From Lysobacterales bacterium (lineage in GTDB: Bacteria; Pseudomonadota; Gammaproteobacteria; Xanthomonadales; SZUA-38): a stretch of DNA of 64,000 nt. Shown piece after piece: positions 53,687 through 63,684 of the stretch. Position 1 is the stretch's first letter, and every line of letters starts with the position of its first letter. The notes under the pieces were generated by a model. The model did not search any database and was not told where the DNA came from. It was given only the letters and a program-made list of their open reading frames with translations. Location: the NCBI GenBank assembly GCA_028285525.1, contig JANQOZ010000015.1:51590-115589 (forward strand), written 5' to 3'. The position numbers and the translations under genes were made by a program.

Positions 53687-54175
53687 ATGAGCGAGCCCGG
53701 AGTTCTGCTGCTCGTCGCCGGCAAAATGGGGGCGGGCAAGTCAACAAAGTCGCTGCAGCTGGCGCGCGAACGAAACGCCATTCGGTTATCGGAGGACGAG
53801 TGGCTCGCGGCCCTGTACCCCGATCAGATTAAGAACCTTGACGACTACATCCGACTCTCGCGCCAGCTTAAGACGGCGATCAGGAACCACATCATTTCGG
53901 TCTTAAGGTCGGGGTCTAACGTCGTGCTGGATTTTCCTGCCAACACCGTCAAGCAGCGTCGCTGGCTGAAAGCGCTTGCCGACGACGCAGCTGCGCCCCA
54001 TGAGCTGGTTTACCTGAAAAGAAGCGATGAGCGCTGCTTACAACAGATTGCTCAACGGCGCGTTGAGCAGCCCGAGCGAGCGGCGTTCGATACGGAGGCG
54101 GTCTTTCACGACGTGACCCAATACTTCGAGGAGCCAACGGAAGAGGAAGGGTTCGTGCTTTCGGTCATCGAGTGA
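53687..54175 (+). CDS. P-loop ATPase/kinase (AAA_33 / zeta-toxin-like fold family)
   Basis: Walker A is LLLVAGKMGAGKST. 162 aa. It starts 5 nt after the preceding stop. Confidence 0.65.
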   Translation: MSEPGVLLLVAGKMGAGKSTKSLQLARERNAIRLSEDEWLAALYPDQIKNLDDYIRLSRQLKTAIRNHIISVLRSGSNVVLDFPANTVKQRRWLKALADDAAAPHELVYLKRSDERCLQQIAQRRVEQPERAAFDTEAVFHDVTQYFEEPTEEEGFVLSVIE

Positions 54176-54263
54176 CCCGCTTGGGCCGGGTGCTGTCGGG
54201 GGAGGACCCCCGGGGCAACTGGCGTCATAATAGTCGGATGGCTCGCGGATTTTTCCTCCCTCT

Positions 54264-57200
54264 TTGTCGATGAGCATGTTCGCCGGCACGTGCTTCCGCC
54301 GCGGCAAGCTGTTGATCCCGCTCCTGCTGGTCCTTCCGTGCATACTGCTGGCCCAGGAGTCGCTGATTCCCACGCTCCAGGCTGATGGCTCAATCAGCAG
54401 TGAGCAGATCGAAGCGGCGATCGAAGCCGTCCAGGCCCGCGACGAGCTGGGTGAAGAGGCTCGCAACGACGTTGTCGGTGAGCTCCGTCAGGCGCAGGTT
54501 GAGCTGTCGGCCCGCGCGGCCTTCGAGGCTGACGCGCAGGCGTTTGCCGCGGTTTTGGATACGGCTCCTCCCGAGATCACGAGGCTTCGTTCGGAGCTGG
54601 ACGATTCGGCGGCGACGCCCCTTTCGCTCTCCGATCTAGATGTGGCGGCTGACGCAACGCTCGGTGAGCTAGAGCAGGCGCTTGCGCGTGAGGTGGCCGC
54701 GGCATCCAGCGCACAGGCGAGTCTGAATCAACTTGAATCGGCCCTCGCCGCGCAGCGGGAACGGCCGGCGGCGATCAGGGCTCGTCTGGTGGAGCTGCAG
54801 GCGACGCTGGACGATCTTGCCGCGCAGCTCAGCGCGCCGGCGCCGGCAGGCGGCACCGCCATCTTGAGTGAAGCGGAGCGACTCACGGCCGCGCTCACGC
54901 GCGAGGCGCGAAGGGCAGAGCGGGTGCAGCTCGAGCAGGAGCAGCTGAGCTACGACCTTCGGCTGGAACTGCTTCGAGCACAGCGCGACATGGCACAGCT
55001 TGCCTCCAATGAAGCGTCACAGCGGGTCGCGTTACTGGAGACGACGGTCAACCAGGCAAGGCAGGCCGCGGCGCAGCTGGCGCAAACCCAGGCGGCAGAG
55101 GCTGAGCTGGCTGCCGCGGACAAACATCCGGCCTTGCAACAGATTGCTGAAGGCAATCTGGAGCTGACGCGCGAACTGCCGACGGTGGCGCAGGCGATTG
55201 AGCTTGCTACCTCCGAACTCAATGAGGTGGAAACCCAGATTGAGCAGGTTGAGCAGGCTCGCGAACGCGCCCAGCAAAGGCTCGATATCGGCGGGATTTC
55301 TCAGGCCACGGGTCGCCTGTTTGTGGATCAACGCCGGAGTCTGCCGCAGTTTTCGCAGTACCGGCTTGAGGTGCGCAGGCGTCGGGAAACGCTGGCGGAA
55401 ATCGGTCTGGCACAGGTGCGGGTCGAGGAGCAGCGCCGCGACTTGACCCCTTTAGACGCCGCCGTCGAGCGGGTGATGGATACGGTTCGGGACGAGCTTA
55501 CGGCGACGGACGAGCTGGAGACGATCCGCGGCGAGGCGTTGGAGCTGCTGCGGAAACGTCGCGAGCTGCTGCAGCAGGCGGCGCGCACCTACCGAACCTA
55601 TATCCGACTTCTGGGCGATCTGGATGCCGCGCAGCAGCAGCTGCTCGACAGTGCGGCCGCCTTCCGGAGCTTTCTGGATCAGAACCTCATCTGGATACCG
55701 AACAGCAAACCGGTTGGCCCCGCAACGCTGGACGCCCTGGAGCGGGCAGTTCCCTGGGCGCTGTCGCCCGCAAGCTGGAGTCAAACAGCCCGGTCCGCCT
55801 TTTCCACGCTCACCGCCATGCCGCTGCGCGTGACCGGAGCCCTGCTTGTTGTGCTTGGCCTGCTTGCGCTGCAGCCGGTGTTGAAGCGCTGGTATCGCCA
55901 GCTGAACCGTCGACTTGGCAAGCTTTCGAGCGACCAGATATCGGTCACGCTCGGCGCGCTCGCCATCGCCGCGGTTGAGGTGATCCCGGTGCCGCTCGCG
56001 CTCGGGCTGGTCGGTATCGCCGTGCAGAATATCCCTGACCCGACCGACTTCTCGTCCTCGCTGGCGGCAGCGTTTCTGACGACCGGTCCGTTTCTCTACA
56101 ACATCCTCTTCATTAGAGTTCTGTCCGCGCCGAAAGGCGTACTGCGCACCCACTTCAGCTGGAAGGAAGAAAACGTTGCGATGGTGCGGCGGCAGCTGGA
56201 CCGGGTGATCGTCATCGGCATGCCTTTGGCGTTTGTCACCGTGCTCGGGCTTACTACTGACGAAACCGCCTACCGCGACAGCCTCGGACGAATTGCCTTT
56301 GTGCTGCTGATGGGCCTGTTTGCCGCCGTAGCCTGGCCGCTCGGACACCCCAACAGGGCGGTCGGATCTTCTTATTACACGAGTCGCCCCGACAGCTGGC
56401 TGAGTCGTTTCAAGTGGCTGTGGTTTGGCCTGGACGTCGGAATCCCGCTGCTGCTGGCCCTGCTCGCATTGGTGGGCTACCTCTATACGGCGGCGGTCCT
56501 GGTCGAAAAATCGGTTGAAACGGTGTGGCTGATTCTCGGGCTGGTGCTGATCGGCCTGATTATCCGTCGCTGGCTGGCGTTGGAGCGGCGCAAGATCTTT
56601 GTGGAGCAGGCCCGGGAACGTCGCGAGGCATTAAAGGCTGAGCGGGCCGCCAGCGAGGACCCGGACGCTGAGCCGGATCCCGAGGGTGAACAGGCCCCGG
56701 CAAAGAGCACGCCGCTGGATCTTCACGCGGTGGACCAGCAGACGCAGAAGCTCCTGCAAGCCGGCATGATCGTAGCCGGAATCCTCGGTGGCTGGGCGAT
56801 CTGGGCCGAGGTCTTTCCGGCGCTGACGGTGCTGGAGGAGGTGAGTCTCTGGACGCAGACGATCACCGTCGACGGCGAGCAGGTGGTGAAACCCGTATCG
56901 CTGGCTGACGTCCTGCTCGCTGTGTTGATCGGCCTCGCGACGGTGGTGGTGTCTCGCAACCTCCCGGGTCTCATGGAGATTGCGGTGCTCAGGCACCTGG
57001 AGCTGCAGCCCGGCGGTCGCTACACGATCAACACGCTGCTGCGCTACGCGATCATTACGGTCGGCGTGGTGTCGATTCTCAGCATCATCGGCTGGAACTG
57101 GTCCCGGATTCAGTGGCTGGTCGCTGCCCTGTCGGTCGGGCTGGGATTCGGCCTGCAGGAAATTGTTGCCAACTTTGTTTCCGGCCTGATCATCCTGTTC

Positions 57201-57725
57201 GAACGACCGATTCGAGTTGGTGACACGGTGACGGTGGGTGATCTGACGGGCAACGTCTCAAAGGTGCGGATCCGGGCGACCACCATTACGGACTGGGATC
57301 GCAAAGAGATCATTGTCCCCAACAAGGCGTTTATCACAGACCACGTGGTGAACTGGACGCTGTCCGATCCCATCACGCGTGTGGTGGTCCCGGTAGGGAT
57401 TGCCTACGGCTCCGACACGGCGCTCGCCACGCAGGTCATGCGGGAGACCCTCAGGACTATGCCGCTCGTGCTCGATGAACCCGAGCCGAGCGTTTACTTC
57501 ATCGGCTTCGGCGACAGCTCGCTCGATTTCAAGCTCTACGTCTACTCGCGGCAGTTGTCTGACAGGCTGCCGCTGATGCATGCGGTTCACTCCACCATCC
57601 TTGAGGCCCTGCGCGAGCACGATATCGAGATCCCGTTTCCTCAGCGCGATCTGCACGTTCGCTCCGTGACCGAGGAGATGAAGGGGCTCAGCACCACAAC
57701 ATCTGCACCCAAATCGGCCGACTGA
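54264..57725 (+). CDS. Large MscS-family mechanosensitive channel (MscK/KefA/MscM-like)
   Basis: 1153 aa with a signal peptide, a long periplasmic coiled-coil region rich in A/E/Q/L, multiple TM helices, and the MscS core LQEIVANFVSGLIILFERPIRVGDTVTVGDLTGNVSKVRIRATTI. Confidence 0.9.
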   Translation: MSMSMFAGTCFRRGKLLIPLLLVLPCILLAQESLIPTLQADGSISSEQIEAAIEAVQARDELGEEARNDVVGELRQAQVELSARAAFEADAQAFAAVLDTAPPEITRLRSELDDSAATPLSLSDLDVAADATLGELEQALAREVAAASSAQASLNQLESALAAQRERPAAIRARLVELQATLDDLAAQLSAPAPAGGTAILSEAERLTAALTREARRAERVQLEQEQLSYDLRLELLRAQRDMAQLASNEASQRVALLETTVNQARQAAAQLAQTQAAEAELAAADKHPALQQIAEGNLELTRELPTVAQAIELATSELNEVETQIEQVEQARERAQQRLDIGGISQATGRLFVDQRRSLPQFSQYRLEVRRRRETLAEIGLAQVRVEEQRRDLTPLDAAVERVMDTVRDELTATDELETIRGEALELLRKRRELLQQAARTYRTYIRLLGDLDAAQQQLLDSAAAFRSFLDQNLIWIPNSKPVGPATLDALERAVPWALSPASWSQTARSAFSTLTAMPLRVTGALLVVLGLLALQPVLKRWYRQLNRRLGKLSSDQISVTLGALAIAAVEVIPVPLALGLVGIAVQNIPDPTDFSSSLAAAFLTTGPFLYNILFIRVLSAPKGVLRTHFSWKEENVAMVRRQLDRVIVIGMPLAFVTVLGLTTDETAYRDSLGRIAFVLLMGLFAAVAWPLGHPNRAVGSSYYTSRPDSWLSRFKWLWFGLDVGIPLLLALLALVGYLYTAAVLVEKSVETVWLILGLVLIGLIIRRWLALERRKIFVEQARERREALKAERAASEDPDAEPDPEGEQAPAKSTPLDLHAVDQQTQKLLQAGMIVAGILGGWAIWAEVFPALTVLEEVSLWTQTITVDGEQVVKPVSLADVLLAVLIGLATVVVSRNLPGLMEIAVLRHLELQPGGRYTINTLLRYAIITVGVVSILSIIGWNWSRIQWLVAALSVGLGFGLQEIVANFVSGLIILFERPIRVGDTVTVGDLTGNVSKVRIRATTITDWDRKEIIVPNKAFITDHVVNWTLSDPITRVVVPVGIAYGSDTALATQVMRETLRTMPLVLDEPEPSVYFIGFGDSSLDFKLYVYSRQLSDRLPLMHAVHSTILEALREHDIEIPFPQRDLHVRSVTEEMKGLSTTTSAPKSAD

Positions 57726-57767
57726 TCCCCCCTCGCACCGACGAGTCGCTTTTGGATGTGCCGAAAG

Positions 57768-57779
57768 TTGTATATACAA
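57768..57779. promoter_or_regulatory. Perfect 12-bp palindrome TTGTATATACAA (GntR/HutC-type operator-like) upstream of the second TBDR
   Basis: It is self-complementary and contains GT-N-TA-N-AC. It lies 109 bp upstream of ATG 57888, in an otherwise GC-rich intergenic region. Confidence 0.45.
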
Positions 57780-57887
57780 ATCTGGTAATCTGAGGCGCGT
57801 TGTGGCACGTTACGCGCTGGGCAAACCGGTCGGGACATCGATCACAAGCCCGGAAAGCTCTGACCACTGACTTTGGGAGGCCCCCGA

Positions 57888-60170
57888 ATGAACCGAAGAA
57901 CAACAATTTCGCTGCTGGCAGCAGCGACAGGTCTGGGGGGGCTGCCAATGGCAGTGACCGCCCAGGATGATGGATCTGGACCGCTGGAAGAGGTCATCGT
58001 GACCGCGACTCGGCGCGAAGCCAGCCTGCAGGACGTTCCGATTGCGGTGACCGCGATCAGCGAAGAAGCGCTGCTTCGCAGCGGCATCGTTGACGTGACC
58101 CGACTCGACGCCGTCACGCCAGGTCTGAGTTTCGGTCAGTCCGGCTCGGACGCCCGTCCCGCTATTCGGGGTGCGCGTACCGAAACGATCAACGAGCGGC
58201 AGGATCCCGTGATCGGCTTCTTTGTCGACGGCGTCTATCAGGCGCGTACGTCGCAGGCCCTCGCAGCGTTTTATGACGTCCAGCGGGTTGAGGTGCTGCG
58301 CGGACCGCAGGGCACCCTGTTCGGTCGAAACACGTTTGGCGGCGCGATCAGCGTCACGACGAACCGGCCCGATATGGAGGGTATCGACTACCGGATCTCG
58401 GCTCAGGCGGGCAGCTTCGGGCACACCCGCTTCGAGGGCTTCTTCAACACGCCGCTCACCGACACGGTCGGCCTGCGGATTGCCGGCATGACCGAGCAGA
58501 GCGACGGCTTCATCAACAACCTGATCGGCGAAGACTGGGGACAGCAGGACAACGACGCAGTCCGCCTCAGCCTGTCGTTTGAACCGACCGACACCTTCAG
58601 CGGCTTGCTCCGGCTTTATGGCTGGCAGCAGGGCGGTCTCGGTGGCGGTGACTTCGGTTACACGGTGCTTGGGACGCTGCGCGATCCGGCAACGGGCATC
58701 ACAAGCCTGAACGGCGTGCTCGACCCGAACAACCCGCGAAACGGCTCCGGCGGCCTGCCTGCTGACCGCGGTCCTTACGACATCTTCCGCAACACGCCGT
58801 CGCTGCGTGATACGGACGCCTTTGGTATCGACCTCAACCTTGAGTGGGATCTCGGCGCGGTGACGCTGAAGTCCATTACGTCAAGTCAGCAGTTCGAAAC
58901 CTTCCGTCAGAACGATTCGGACTTCAGCGGCGGCGACGGTTCGTTCTCATCTGTGGATACGGACACGGACACGCTGACCCAGGAGTTCCAGCTGTACTCC
59001 AACGACAGCAGCAGCGGCCTGGACTGGATTGTCGGTGCGTACTTTATCGAAGACGAGACCGAAGAGATCTTCCTGTTTGAAGGGCTGTGCGCGGCGAGTG
59101 ACGTCGACATGGACCCGACCACGGCCACCGTCTGCACCGGCCCTGCCAGCCCCACGATCGACTTCGCCGCTCGCGGTGTGGTCGACACGTCTGGCTACGC
59201 CGTTTTCGGTGAGGCGACCTACGAGATCAGCGACACTTTCAGCATCACCGGCGGCATCCGCTACACGGAAGATGACAAGGACTTCGATCGCTTCGACCAG
59301 GACCGCTTCATCAACACGGGTGAGATTGTCCAGATCGTGGACGAGTCCGAGACGTTTGACGAGGTGACCTACAAGCTGGGCGCCCAGTGGATCGTCGGTG
59401 ACGACAGCCTGATCTACGCGCACTACTCCACGGGCTTCAACTCCGGCGGCTTCAACACGGCCGGCGCCGAGCTAAGCTTCGACGAGCAGACCGTGGATGC
59501 GTTTGAGCTGGGTACCAAGAACGTTCTGGCTGACGGGCAGCTCGTGCTGAACGCCGCGCTGTACTACAACTCCTACGACGACCTGCTGTCGCAGGGTTTC
59601 ATCAGCGTAGGTCCGACCGTCTCGGTATTCAGCACCAACGCCGGTGAAGCGGATATCCTTGGCCTGGAAGCTGAGCTCGAGTGGGAACCCTATGAAGACC
59701 TGGTCTTCACCGCGGCCCTCAACTTCACCGATGGAGAGCTGGGTGACTACATCGTAGGCAACCCGTTTGTGCTCGGTGGCGAGACGATCAACGGTGTGAA
59801 CAACCTGATTCAGCTCGACGGTTCCAAGATTGCCTTCACCCCGGACTTCACCGCCGCGTTCACCGCGCGTCAGCGGATCGATCTGGGTGAGTTCGGCTCA
59901 CTGACCCCGTTCATCCAGGTGTCTCTGTCCAGCGACTATCAGACGAACGACGTTCGCTACGAGGGCAGTGTTCAGGATGACTACGCGTTGGTGGACCTTC
60001 GCCTGAGCTGGCTGAGTGAAAGCGAGCGCTGGGGCATCGAAGGTTTCGTCAACAACGTCAGCGACGAAGCGGTTCTGAACCGCACGGTCGTCGGCGGCCA
60101 GGACGCCATCTTCGCCAACTTCAACATGCCTCGCTACGGCGGGCTGCGGGTCAATTATCAGTTCCGCTAA
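57888..60170 (+). CDS. TonB-dependent outer-membrane receptor (substrate unknown)
   Basis: Start placed at the ATG after GGAGG (the track uses TTG 57873). It has a signal peptide, the plug LEEVIVTATRREASLQDVPIAVTAISEEAL, and a barrel ending GGLRVNYQFR. Confidence 0.9.
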   Translation: MNRRTTISLLAAATGLGGLPMAVTAQDDGSGPLEEVIVTATRREASLQDVPIAVTAISEEALLRSGIVDVTRLDAVTPGLSFGQSGSDARPAIRGARTETINERQDPVIGFFVDGVYQARTSQALAAFYDVQRVEVLRGPQGTLFGRNTFGGAISVTTNRPDMEGIDYRISAQAGSFGHTRFEGFFNTPLTDTVGLRIAGMTEQSDGFINNLIGEDWGQQDNDAVRLSLSFEPTDTFSGLLRLYGWQQGGLGGGDFGYTVLGTLRDPATGITSLNGVLDPNNPRNGSGGLPADRGPYDIFRNTPSLRDTDAFGIDLNLEWDLGAVTLKSITSSQQFETFRQNDSDFSGGDGSFSSVDTDTDTLTQEFQLYSNDSSSGLDWIVGAYFIEDETEEIFLFEGLCAASDVDMDPTTATVCTGPASPTIDFAARGVVDTSGYAVFGEATYEISDTFSITGGIRYTEDDKDFDRFDQDRFINTGEIVQIVDESETFDEVTYKLGAQWIVGDDSLIYAHYSTGFNSGGFNTAGAELSFDEQTVDAFELGTKNVLADGQLVLNAALYYNSYDDLLSQGFISVGPTVSVFSTNAGEADILGLEAELEWEPYEDLVFTAALNFTDGELGDYIVGNPFVLGGETINGVNNLIQLDGSKIAFTPDFTAAFTARQRIDLGEFGSLTPFIQVSLSSDYQTNDVRYEGSVQDDYALVDLRLSWLSESERWGIEGFVNNVSDEAVLNRTVVGGQDAIFANFNMPRYGGLRVNYQFR

Positions 60171-60190
60171 GAAGAACTGTTGATCCAAAG

Positions 60191-60220
60191 AAAAGGCCAG
60201 CCCTCGGGCTGGCCTTTTTT
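60191..60220. terminator. Bidirectional rho-independent terminator between the TBDR and AcnX genes
   Basis: AAAAGGCCAGCCC-TCG-GGGCTGGCCTTTTTT has a perfect 9-bp GC-rich stem flanked by an A-tract and a T-tract. It sits between convergent stops at 60170 and 60239. Confidence 0.85.
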
Positions 60221-60238
60221 GTGGGGAATAGGTTGTGG

Positions 60239-60676
60239 TCAGGCGGAGGCGGGGCGCCGGATCTCCACGACACCTTCGTTACCGTCGACCTTGACCCAGT
60301 CGCCGTCCTGAATCACCTCCAGCGGATTCTGATCCAGGTCCGTCACCGCCGGTACGCGCATCACCACCGCACCGAGCGCCATCTTCGTAGTCAGCTCGTT
60401 GAAGATCACGGCCAGCGGGCCGGCGCCGGCAAGCCTCGCTGTCTGAAAGTTGCTGGCCCAGCCTGACGACCCCTTGGCGCCGCGAAACACCAGCACCTTG
60501 CCGGCAAACGACTGGCCAACTTTTTCATGACGCCGTTCGGTGACCGTCCCCGTCATCGGATCGATGCCGCCGAAGCCCGAAAGAGTCTGGGAGGTGACAA
60601 ACGCTTCGCCCTCAGCAACACCCTCGACCACACCACGGCCGCGCAGCACAATCACGTCCTGCTGCTCGTCGCTCAC
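60239..60676 (-). CDS. Aconitase X small subunit (swivel domain, DUF126)
   Basis: 145 aa: ...GEAFVTSQTLSGFGGIDPMTGTV...GKVLVFRGAKGSSGWASNF...AVIFNE. The GTG start overlaps the large-subunit stop (GTGA at 60673-60676). Confidence 0.8.
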   Translation of the reverse strand: MSDEQQDVIVLRGRGVVEGVAEGEAFVTSQTLSGFGGIDPMTGTVTERRHEKVGQSFAGKVLVFRGAKGSSGWASNFQTARLAGAGPLAVIFNELTTKMALGAVVMRVPAVTDLDQNPLEVIQDGDWVKVDGNEGVVEIRRPASA

Positions 60677-61953
60677 GTCAGCTCCCCCTGCCAGCGGCCG
60701 GTGATGGCAGCGTTGACGCAGTCCTCCACCGAGCCGAACCAGGTGTCGAAACCCAGCGTGGCGGGCAGATAGTGGGCCTGCTTACAGGAGTCGGTGGCTG
60801 CAACCTTCACGCCCTCCGGGCTCACCCGGCTGAGCGCGGGGCAGGAGTCTGACATCAGGTAAGCACCCGCTTTTTCGATGATCTCGCTGTAGCCCATGCG
60901 GTCGGCATGCTGCTTTAGCGCCTTGGGCGTAAACATCCAGAGCTCGGTGTTGGGCGAGAGCTTTTTGCCCTCCAGCAGCTTGGCCACGATCTGCACCTGC
61001 TCGATGGACGCGTGTGGACAGCCGAGCATGATGAAGTCGACCTCCGGATCGGTGGCGCAGTTCAGGTTCTCATACGCTTTGCGCATCTCGGCTTTGCCGA
61101 AGTGGATCGTCTCCTCCGGCGCCTTGTCACCCAGCGCCCGTTCCAGCGACGGCGCTTCCGGCGTCATGCCCACCAGGTGATACATCTCCACCCCGCCGGA
61201 CGTCGCCGCCGCCGCGCCGAAGTGTTTCGCCTTGCGCAGGCTGGGGTGGTGCTGGAGGCCGTTGACCACCGGCGATTCCTCCTGGACCACCTCGCCCACG
61301 TAGTAGCCCAGCAAACCCCAGTGCATCATCGACTCTACCTCGCACTCCACCTCGATCAGGTGCGTCCCGTAGCGGTTCTCCGGGATGTGCAGCCCCCAGT
61401 AGGGAATGCGCGCGGTCAGCATGGCCGCTGCTGCGCTCTGCGCACCTTCCACGTTGCCGCGAGCGCCGATGATGGAGTTGGCGAAAACGATTGCGGACGA
61501 TTCCATCCAGGCCAGGTGTTCACCGTAGGTGGGCACGTTCCCGACCTGGTAGGGCGTACACGTGTTGCAGCGCTGAATGCCGATACGGTCGCAGAAGTCA
61601 GCGTTCTTCTTCACCAGCTTCTGGGTCCGCTCGGACACTCGCTGCTGATCGTAGTAGTCCGGATCGCCGGCCTCGATGAGCTTATAGGCCATCGTCTTCA
61701 CCCGGGGAATTTCCAGCGGCACGTCGCTGTCGAGGTTCATGAGGGAGAAGATGGCTTCCATATCGTCATCGGAAGACACGACGTTGCGGCGATTTGGTAG
61801 CGATCCGACGCTGCCGCCGCAGACGTTGTTGGTCTCGACCAGCCGTTCGGCGCCCAGCGCTTTGCCGTAGCGCGTCAGCAGCGACATTGCCTGCTGGATT
61901 GCCGGGCCCTCGGCGCCGTCCAGCATGGCCTGCTCATGATCCGTTAATTTCAT
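60673..61953 (-). CDS. Aconitase X large (catalytic) subunit (DUF521)
   Basis: 426 aa. The N-terminus MKLTDHEQAMLDGAEGPAIQQAMSLLTRYGKALGAERLV is typical of AcnX. GGGGA lies upstream of the ATG. Confidence 0.8.
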   Translation of the reverse strand: MKLTDHEQAMLDGAEGPAIQQAMSLLTRYGKALGAERLVETNNVCGGSVGSLPNRRNVVSSDDDMEAIFSLMNLDSDVPLEIPRVKTMAYKLIEAGDPDYYDQQRVSERTQKLVKKNADFCDRIGIQRCNTCTPYQVGNVPTYGEHLAWMESSAIVFANSIIGARGNVEGAQSAAAAMLTARIPYWGLHIPENRYGTHLIEVECEVESMMHWGLLGYYVGEVVQEESPVVNGLQHHPSLRKAKHFGAAAATSGGVEMYHLVGMTPEAPSLERALGDKAPEETIHFGKAEMRKAYENLNCATDPEVDFIMLGCPHASIEQVQIVAKLLEGKKLSPNTELWMFTPKALKQHADRMGYSEIIEKAGAYLMSDSCPALSRVSPEGVKVAATDSCKQAHYLPATLGFDTWFGSVEDCVNAAITGRWQGELT

Positions 61954-61963
61954 GAATTCCCCA

Positions 61964-61981
61964 AATTTGTCAATACAAATT
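61964..61981. promoter_or_regulatory. 18-bp perfect palindrome AATTTGT-CAAT-ACAAATT in the divergent AcnX / oxidoreductase promoter region
   Basis: The arms AATTTGT/ACAAATT are exact reverse complements. The site lies 11-28 nt upstream of the AcnX start. The 11-mer CAATACAAATT is repeated directly at 62036-62046. Confidence 0.45.
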
Positions 61982-62056
61982 GTCGATATTACCGCATAAG
62001 TCCCTAGAACACAGCGGCCACGTCAGGCAAAATAGCAATACAAATTTGAGCTTGAC

Positions 62057-63649
62057 GTGAACGGTGCTGCCAGGATGACCCGAGTATACGATGCCATCAT
62101 TATCGGTGGAGGCCACAACGGTCTGACCTGTGGCGCCTACCTGTCCCGGGCCGGGCTGAAGACGCTGGTGCTCGAACGAAAGCACATCATTGGGGGCGGC
62201 GCCGTCACCGAAGAGTTTTCGCCCGGCTTCCGCGCGTCAACCTACTCCTTCATCATGGGCCACCTGCACCCCAAGGTGGTCTCCGAGCTCGAGCTCACCA
62301 AATACGGCCTGGATAAGGTTGAGGTGCCGGATGTGATCAATCCGACCTTCGACAACGACTGCATCGTTTTCACCAAAGACCCGGTGAAGAATCAGCAGCA
62401 AATCGCCCGCTTTTCCAAGAAGGACGCGGAGGTCTATCCCAAGTTCTTTGAATACTTGAGCGGCGCGATCGATCTGCTCCGGCGGCTGCAGCTGGAAACA
62501 CCTTTTGACCCGACCAAGCGCGACCTTCGTTCTCTCATGAAGATGGCCGGTTTTGCCTGGCGCTATCGGAACGTTGGGCGCGACCTGTATCGCATCATCG
62601 ACACGCTTTCGATGAGCGCCTACGACTACATCTCTCAGTGGTTCGAAACCGACATCGTGAAGGCCAAGTTCCTGTACTGGTCGACCATCGGCGGCAACGT
62701 CGGGCCCTACGCGCCCGGCACGGCTTTCTATCTGGTCGCGCACCTGATCGGCCAGACCGGTATGAGCTTTACGCGCGGCGGTATGGGGTCGATTTCCAAC
62801 GCGATCAGCGCTTCCGGTCAGGCTCACGGAATGGAGGTTGAGGTGTCGCACGGTGTTGAGCAGGTGCTCGTTAAGGACGGCCGCGCCCGCGGCGTGGTCC
62901 TGGCGAACGGTGAAGAGATCCATGGGCGACTGGTCGTGTCGAACGTCAACGCCAAGACCACCTTTACCCAGCTGGTGGCGCCCGAGCACCTGCCGGACGA
63001 GTTCCTGCACGACATCCGTTCGTTCCGAGCGCGAGGCTCGTCCTTCAAGCTGCTTTGTGCGGTCGACGCGCTGCCTCAGTACAGCGGCTTCGACAAAGAA
63101 AAAGCGGGGACCAACTACCCGGCCTATGCGCATATCGCGCCAAGCTGCGAATACCTGGAGCGGGCGTTTGATGACGCGAAGTACGGCGGCTTCTCGGAAA
63201 ACCCCTTCATGTCGCCCATCGTGCCGTCTTACTTCGACGATTCGCTCGCCCCGGAAGGCAAACACGTAGTTTCGCTCTATGGCGGGGTCACGCCGTATGA
63301 GCTGAAGAACGGCAGCTGGGACGATGAGCGGGAAAACGTGGTCAGAAACGCGTTCAAGGTCATGGATCGCTTTGCGCCGGGCTTTTCCGCGACCGTGCTC
63401 GACTACAAGCTTTACCTGCCGCCGGACATCGAGGCGGATATCGGCATGCCGGGCGGCAACACGCAGCATGGTGACCTGACGCTTGATCAGATGTTCTTTA
63501 TGCGCCCGGCGCCTGGCTACGCCGACTACCGCTCGCCCGTGAAGGCGTTGTTTCAATGCGGCGCGTCAACGCATCCCGGTGGTTCGGTTTCCGCGGTGTC
63601 GGGCCACAACGCGGCGCGGGAGATCCTCAAAGACGTCAAACGCCTCTAG
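62057..63649 (+). CDS. FAD/NAD(P)-dependent oxidoreductase, phytoene-desaturase (CrtI)-like family
   Basis: Rossmann motif YDAIIIGGGHNGLTCGAYLSRAGLKTLVLERKHIIGG. The likely start is ATG 62075 (MTRVYD). Confidence 0.8.
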   Translation: MNGAARMTRVYDAIIIGGGHNGLTCGAYLSRAGLKTLVLERKHIIGGGAVTEEFSPGFRASTYSFIMGHLHPKVVSELELTKYGLDKVEVPDVINPTFDNDCIVFTKDPVKNQQQIARFSKKDAEVYPKFFEYLSGAIDLLRRLQLETPFDPTKRDLRSLMKMAGFAWRYRNVGRDLYRIIDTLSMSAYDYISQWFETDIVKAKFLYWSTIGGNVGPYAPGTAFYLVAHLIGQTGMSFTRGGMGSISNAISASGQAHGMEVEVSHGVEQVLVKDGRARGVVLANGEEIHGRLVVSNVNAKTTFTQLVAPEHLPDEFLHDIRSFRARGSSFKLLCAVDALPQYSGFDKEKAGTNYPAYAHIAPSCEYLERAFDDAKYGGFSENPFMSPIVPSYFDDSLAPEGKHVVSLYGGVTPYELKNGSWDDERENVVRNAFKVMDRFAPGFSATVLDYKLYLPPDIEADIGMPGGNTQHGDLTLDQMFFMRPAPGYADYRSPVKALFQCGASTHPGGSVSAVSGHNAAREILKDVKRL

Positions 63650-63684
63650 CGGGAGAGGCGGCCCACACACGGCACGAGCCGGGG

